A DNA stretch of 24,000 nt from Paraflavisolibacter caeni (lineage in GTDB: Bacteria > Bacteroidota > Bacteroidia > Chitinophagales > Chitinophagaceae), in the NCBI RefSeq assembly GCF_025628885.1, contig NZ_JAOTIF010000001.1, positions 763,751-787,750 of the forward strand, read 5' to 3'. The translations under genes were made by a program, and so were the position numbers. Positions 20,324 to 24,000 of this stretch are shown piece after piece (position 1 is the stretch's first letter; each line of letters opens with the position of its first letter). The notes beneath the pieces were generated by a model, which was given only the letters and a program-made list of their open reading frames with translations, was not told where the DNA came from and did not search any database.

Positions 20324-20395
20324 ACTTTTCCCTTCGCTGGCATTATCCAGATCAGGTTCGAGGGTATCATCTCAGCCTTTCGGCACCCCTAAAGT
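20324..20395 (-). promoter_or_regulatory. TPP (THI-box) riboswitch aptamer
   Basis: The minus-strand RNA reads ACUUUAGGGGUGCCGAAAGGCUGAGAUGAUACCCUCGAACCUGAUCUGGAUAAUGCCAGCGAAGGGAAAAGU. It has the canonical GGGGUGC, CUGAGA, ACCCU, AACCUGAUCUGGAUAAUGCCAGCG and AGGGA elements. P1 is ACUUU/AAAGU. Confidence 0.95.
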
Positions 20396-20400
20396 TGGCA

Positions 20401-20408
20401 CAAATGTA
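20401..20408 (-). promoter_or_regulatory. Candidate -7 box (TAnnTTTG) driving the riboswitch and thi operon
   Basis: The minus strand reads TACATTTG, an exact match, ending 5 nt upstream of the riboswitch P1 strand. A TTG lies 21 nt further upstream (gTTGctgag). Confidence 0.55.
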
Positions 20409-20489
20409 GGGGTAATGGATAAAACTCAGCAACAGGCCGCTTAAATTTTTATTTCATAAACTTGCAGGCTACAAGAAAATAAAATCAAT

Positions 20490-21338
20490 ATGAAGGCATT
20501 TTTAGGCATGGGATTGTTAGGTTCCAACTTTGTAAAAGCCATGATTAACAGGGGTGAACAAGTGCAGGTTTGGAACCGTACAACATCCAAAGCATTGGAG
20601 CTTGAAAAATTTGGAGCGAAGGCATTCAGTGATGTAAAGGATGCCGTGAAAGGGGCAAGCCTGGTTCATCTCACATTGAAAGATGATGCCTCAGTTGACG
20701 AAGTGTTGGAAGCTGCCAGTGAAGGATTTGCACCGGGTGTTATTATTTTAGACCATACGACTACCTCAAAAGAAGGAGCGATCAGGAGAACAAGGGAATG
20801 GAGGGAAAAAGGTTTCATTTATCAACATGCACCAGTATTCATGGGTCCTGTGAATGCATTGGAAGGTACAGGCTTTATTCTGTTGTCAGGTGACCAGGAT
20901 ATCATTGGTCAACTGGAGCCAGTATTATCCAAAATGACGGGCAAGCTGCTTCATTATGGACCCGAAGTGGGAAAAGCAGCGGCCATCAAACTTGTTGGCA
21001 ATGCATTCCTGGTGTGTTTGACAATTGGTTTAAGAGACACGCTTGCGTTGACAAAAGCGCTTGGCATTGCTACAGATGATTTGATGTCCCTCTTAGAATC
21101 CTGGAATCCGGGTACCCAGGTGCAGGCCAGGTTGAAAAGAATGACCGTTGGGGATGATACAAAGCCTTCCTGGGAGTTGGCTATGGCCAGAAAAGATACG
21201 CAATTGTTCCTGGAAGCTGCGCAACAAGGCGGGACGGATCTTGCGATCATTCCTGCAATTGCGGCCCTGATGGATCAATGGATCGCAAAAGGTTATGGAA
21301 ACCATGACTGGACCGTGGTAGGGAAGGAGTTTGCTTAA
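20490..21338 (+). CDS. NAD(P)-dependent oxidoreductase, beta-hydroxyacid / 6-phosphogluconate dehydrogenase-like
   Basis: N-terminal Rossmann motif FLGMGLLGSNF..VWNRT, then a central KLVGNAF block and a helical C-terminal domain. 282 aa. The substrate cannot be assigned. Confidence 0.7.
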   Translation: MKAFLGMGLLGSNFVKAMINRGEQVQVWNRTTSKALELEKFGAKAFSDVKDAVKGASLVHLTLKDDASVDEVLEAASEGFAPGVIILDHTTTSKEGAIRRTREWREKGFIYQHAPVFMGPVNALEGTGFILLSGDQDIIGQLEPVLSKMTGKLLHYGPEVGKAAAIKLVGNAFLVCLTIGLRDTLALTKALGIATDDLMSLLESWNPGTQVQARLKRMTVGDDTKPSWELAMARKDTQLFLEAAQQGGTDLAIIPAIAALMDQWIAKGYGNHDWTVVGKEFA

Positions 21339-21395
21339 CACCATTCGTCAATAGTAAAGGTGATTTTTAAATTCGTTATGAGCTTTTGCGATTTT

Positions 21396-22427
21396 ATGAA
21401 ACAGATTGTAGCAACTGTGCTTTCCCTTTTTATGTTTTCAACAGGGTTTTCTCAAATGGCTTTTCGAAAAGTGAGTGAAGAGATCATTGTGAATGATGGT
21501 CCATTTAAGGCATGTCATGCATCAAGTATTGTAGAACCATCGCCTGGTGAAATCCTGGTGTCCTTTTTCGCTGGTTCAAGGGAAGGAGACAAGGATGTTT
21601 GTATCTGGTTAACCGCTAAGCAAAACAACCAATGGACAAAACCCTATATCATTGCAGATGGTGTGATCAATGATACACTAAGGTATCCATGCTGGAATCC
21701 AGTGCTGTTCAAAGCAAAACAGGATCAATTATTTCTTTTTTATAAAGTAGGGCCTAATCCCCGGGAATGGTGGGGCATGGTGCGCACCTCGAAAGACAAT
21801 GGGAAAACCTGGAATCAACCCGAGCGGCTTCCTGCGGGCGTTTTGGGCCCTATCAAAAATAAGCCTGTCCAACTGGCGGATGGTACGATACTGAGCCCTT
21901 CAAGTGTGGAAACTGATAATACCTGGAAGGTGCATATTGAGAAATCTTCAGATTTAGGTAAAACCTGGAAAATCATTCCAGTAGATAGTAATAGTAAGTT
22001 TAAAGTAATTCAACCGAGCATTCTACAATATCCAAACAAGCGCTTGCAGATCGTTTGCAGGAGTGACCAGGATAGAGTCGTTTATGCATGGTCGCAGGAT
22101 AATGGTAATCAGTGGACGGCCTTATCCCGGTCAGAATTGCCAAATCCAAATTCCGGGACAGATGCTGTTACATTAAAAAACGGAATACAGCTGATTGTTT
22201 ACAATCCAACGGTCAAGGGTAAGGACTGGTGGAATAATCGCCAAAAACTGAATGTGGCTGTTTCTAAAGATGGCTTGAACTGGAAAGATGTATGCATTTT
22301 GGAAAACGGTTCGGATGAAGAATTTAGCTATCCGGCTGTAATCCAGGCAAAAGATGGGAAAATTCATATTACGTATACTTACAATAGAAAGAATATCAAA
22401 CATGTAGTGCTTGAAGCAGGTAAGTAA
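21396..22427 (+). CDS. Secreted BNR/Asp-box repeat protein, sialidase-like (exo-alpha-sialidase superfamily)
   Basis: Signal peptide MKQIVATVLSLFMFSTGFSQ. Four Asp-box SxDxGxxW repeats: SKDNGKTW, SSDLGKTW, SQDNGNQW, SKDGLNW. I prefer the ATG at 21396 over the track's GTG at 21360. Confidence 0.75.
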   Translation: MKQIVATVLSLFMFSTGFSQMAFRKVSEEIIVNDGPFKACHASSIVEPSPGEILVSFFAGSREGDKDVCIWLTAKQNNQWTKPYIIADGVINDTLRYPCWNPVLFKAKQDQLFLFYKVGPNPREWWGMVRTSKDNGKTWNQPERLPAGVLGPIKNKPVQLADGTILSPSSVETDNTWKVHIEKSSDLGKTWKIIPVDSNSKFKVIQPSILQYPNKRLQIVCRSDQDRVVYAWSQDNGNQWTALSRSELPNPNSGTDAVTLKNGIQLIVYNPTVKGKDWWNNRQKLNVAVSKDGLNWKDVCILENGSDEEFSYPAVIQAKDGKIHITYTYNRKNIKHVVLEAGK

Positions 22428-22459
22428 CTTATCCACCATCATTCCACAAACTCATCTTT

Positions 22460-22468
22460 TTATCCACA
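22460..22468 (+). promoter_or_regulatory. Perfect DnaA-box consensus (TTATCCACA) in the leader of the JetA-like gene
   Basis: Exact 9/9 match. There are 8/9 matches at 22429-22437 (TTATCCACC) and, in inverted orientation, at 22526-22534 (tttggataa, read as TTATCCAAA on the minus strand). Confidence 0.45.
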
Positions 22469-22540
22469 CAATTGGCGCAAATACCATTTCGCAATGTCTT
22501 AAACTGTATTTTGCCCGCCCAAAATTTTGGATAAAATACC

Positions 22541-24000
22541 ATGAAAGGCTCCGACATCAGCTTTTTGTTCGATACCGCCCCGGCATTGCACATGTTGCGC
22601 TTGCGCAATGCGCATTGGGTACTGCCTTTTTTGTACAAGGTGTTCAAGGAAAAATCTGTTTTCTCCCTGCCTGAATTTTCATTGACTACACTTCTAGCCG
22701 AAGCCCTTAGTTCTCAAAATGAAGGCGTAGAAGACTGGGAAGAAGCGAAGATCGAGTTTGGTGAGGATGAGGAAAGCCGCGCCCGCAAATACCTGCTCAA
22801 CTGGGTGCAAAAACGACTGTTGCAGGACTTTCCCGCAGCTGACGGCACAACCATGTACCAGCTGAGTGCACATACGGAAAAGGTGTTCCAGTGGTTGCAA
22901 ACCCTTAGCCGTCGCGACTTCGTGGGAACGGAGAGCCGGTTTAAAATGCTGTTCAACTCACTCCATGATATAGTTGAAAAAACTGAAGACGACCGTTTCA
23001 AACGCCTGGAAGAATTAAAGAGCAAGCGTGCCGACATCGACAGGGAAATCAACGCCCTGGAGCATGGTGCTTCCGTGGAAGTATACAGCAATGCCCAGGT
23101 AGCAGAACGCCTTGAAATGTTTACCCGCCTCTGTTACGAGCTGCTGGGCGACTTCCGCGAAGTAGAAGACAACTTCAGGCAGATCCACCGCAACATCGTT
23201 GAACAACACACGAAAGCCGAAGTGAATAAGGGCGCTATTGTTGGCTATGCCTTCGACGCCTATGATGCCCTGCGCAACAGCAACCAGGGACGCAGTTTCT
23301 ATGCTTTCTGGGACTTCCTGATTTCAAGAGCAGGGCAGGTGGAATGGCGGCAACTGACCAGCCAGTTATTGGAATTGCTCCAATTGAGGAATATTGATTC
23401 TGATTACTACTTCCTGGACAACATCAAATCCATGTTGCTGGAGCAGGGACGTGTGGTGTATGAGGCCAATGATAAAATGGCAGAAAAATTAAGCCGTATT
23501 ATCACGGAAAAGGAAATGGCGCAACACAAAAGACTGCGGCAGCAAATTGGAGGGATCAAGGAACTGGTGCTGCAATTAATGGACAACGATAGCGTTCCCT
23601 GCAGTATTCAGGTGGAAGGAGCTGCAGAAATCAGGTTGTCCATGGACAGGAGGCTGCAGCAGGAACCTAAAAACATGCCTTCAATGGTAAGGCAACCGGT
23701 AAGCGGTAGCGAGACGATTGAAGATATGGCTCGTTTCAGCCGCTTATTGAATGCTCCTTTTGTGGATAAGAAAAAATTGTGGCAGAACGTAGAAGATATA
23801 TTAAAAGATAAGCATACAGCTACTTTAAGAGAGATCATCGAAATCACCGGACTGGAATATGGCGTGGCAGAAGTGGTTGCCTACTTCTCTTTTGTTAAAG
23901 ACAAAGGAGGCAAGGCGCAGATCATGAGTAGCATGAGCGAACATATTGCCTTGAACAGCGAGAGTAACAAGTTTATAGAAGTACCCTATTTGTTGTTCAA
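22541..24000 (+). CDS. jetA: DUF3375/JetA-like protein (kleisin-like subunit of Wadjet/Mks-type SMC defence complexes), 3' end beyond the window
   Basis: I translated this frame by hand from the ATG at 22541 (in-frame TAA at 22532-22534 upstream) to base 24000. There are 486 codons with no stop, so the ORF is missing from the track. Blocks I recognise as DUF3375-like: LRNAHWVLPFLYKVF, RDFVGTESRFKMLF, LLGDFREVEDNFRQIHRNI, SNQGRSFYAFWDFLIS. Four minus-strand track ORFs here are its shadows. Confidence 0.75.
   Translation, partial: MKGSDISFLFDTAPALHMLRLRNAHWVLPFLYKVFKEKSVFSLPEFSLTTLLAEALSSQNEGVEDWEEAKIEFGEDEESRARKYLLNWVQKRLLQDFPAADGTTMYQLSAHTEKVFQWLQTLSRRDFVGTESRFKMLFNSLHDIVEKTEDDRFKRLEELKSKRADIDREINALEHGASVEVYSNAQVAERLEMFTRLCYELLGDFREVEDNFRQIHRNIVEQHTKAEVNKGAIVGYAFDAYDALRNSNQGRSFYAFWDFLISRAGQVEWRQLTSQLLELLQLRNIDSDYYFLDNIKSMLLEQGRVVYEANDKMAEKLSRIITEKEMAQHKRLRQQIGGIKELVLQLMDNDSVPCSIQVEGAAEIRLSMDRRLQQEPKNMPSMVRQPVSGSETIEDMARFSRLLNAPFVDKKKLWQNVEDILKDKHTATLREIIEITGLEYGVAEVVAYFSFVKDKGGKAQIMSSMSEHIALNSESNKFIEVPYLLF

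Noticed and set aside
20343-20351. TTATCCAGA, an 8/9 DnaA-box match.
   Set aside because: It is the reverse complement of the invariant UCUGGAUAA core of the TPP riboswitch, which fully explains it.
22411-22674. Track ORF of 87 aa on the + strand spanning the sialidase stop and the JetA-like start.
   Set aside because: It is out of frame with both flanking genes and overlaps the well-supported 22541 ORF. It has no recognisable motifs.
22694-23847. Four minus-strand ORFs (22694..22900, 22714..23091, 23015..23209, 23608..23847) that could be read as a small gene cluster.
   Set aside because: They lie antisense to a continuous 486-codon + frame carrying DUF3375-like blocks. They are shadows of that gene.
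22541-24000. An apparent GC-rich compositional shift at the JetA-like gene, considered as evidence of horizontal transfer.
   Set aside because: My hand counts of single 60-nt lines were inconsistent. Three lines in 22741-23160 gave 53-57% GC, but 23761-23820 gave 32%. The neighbouring sialidase-like gene ranged from 32% to 60%. This needs a proper windowed GC and codon-usage calculation.

Overview
The window looks like a Bacteroidota chromosome, probably Chitinophagaceae or Sphingobacteriia type. That placement is an inference from TAnnTTTG -7 promoter boxes, A/T-rich start contexts without Shine-Dalgarno sequences, and the TonB architecture. Most of it is housekeeping. In order: (1) the tail of an upstream CDS, then a repeat-laden spacer; (2) the distal half of an NADH:quinone oxidoreductase operon, nuoH-I-J-K-L-M-N (+), whose proteins resemble the enterobacterial type as I remember it; (3) a lipoprotein Cu/Zn superoxide dismutase (+) convergent with a TonB gene (-); (4) a biotin operon bioB-bioF-bioD-bioA (+) ending in an unassigned 202-aa ferritin-like diiron protein; (5) a minus-strand thiamine operon thiS-thiC-(thiE/tenI-like)-thiD-thiE-thiG-thiH behind a canonical TPP riboswitch; (6) a beta-hydroxyacid-dehydrogenase-like oxidoreductase and a secreted BNR/sialidase-like protein (+); (7) a + strand ORF that is absent from the supplied ORF track because it has no stop inside the window (22541 to the window end). 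It matches the DUF3375/JetA family as I remember it, which is the first gene of Wadjet/Mks-like SMC defence operons. It is preceded by a small cluster of DnaA-box-like motifs. I found no rRNA, tRNA, CRISPR array, transposase or integrase. The two leads most worth follow-up are the bio-operon diiron protein (candidate missing pimeloyl-forming step) and the JetA-like locus with its DnaA-box leader. Both are hypotheses that need database and structure searches I cannot run.
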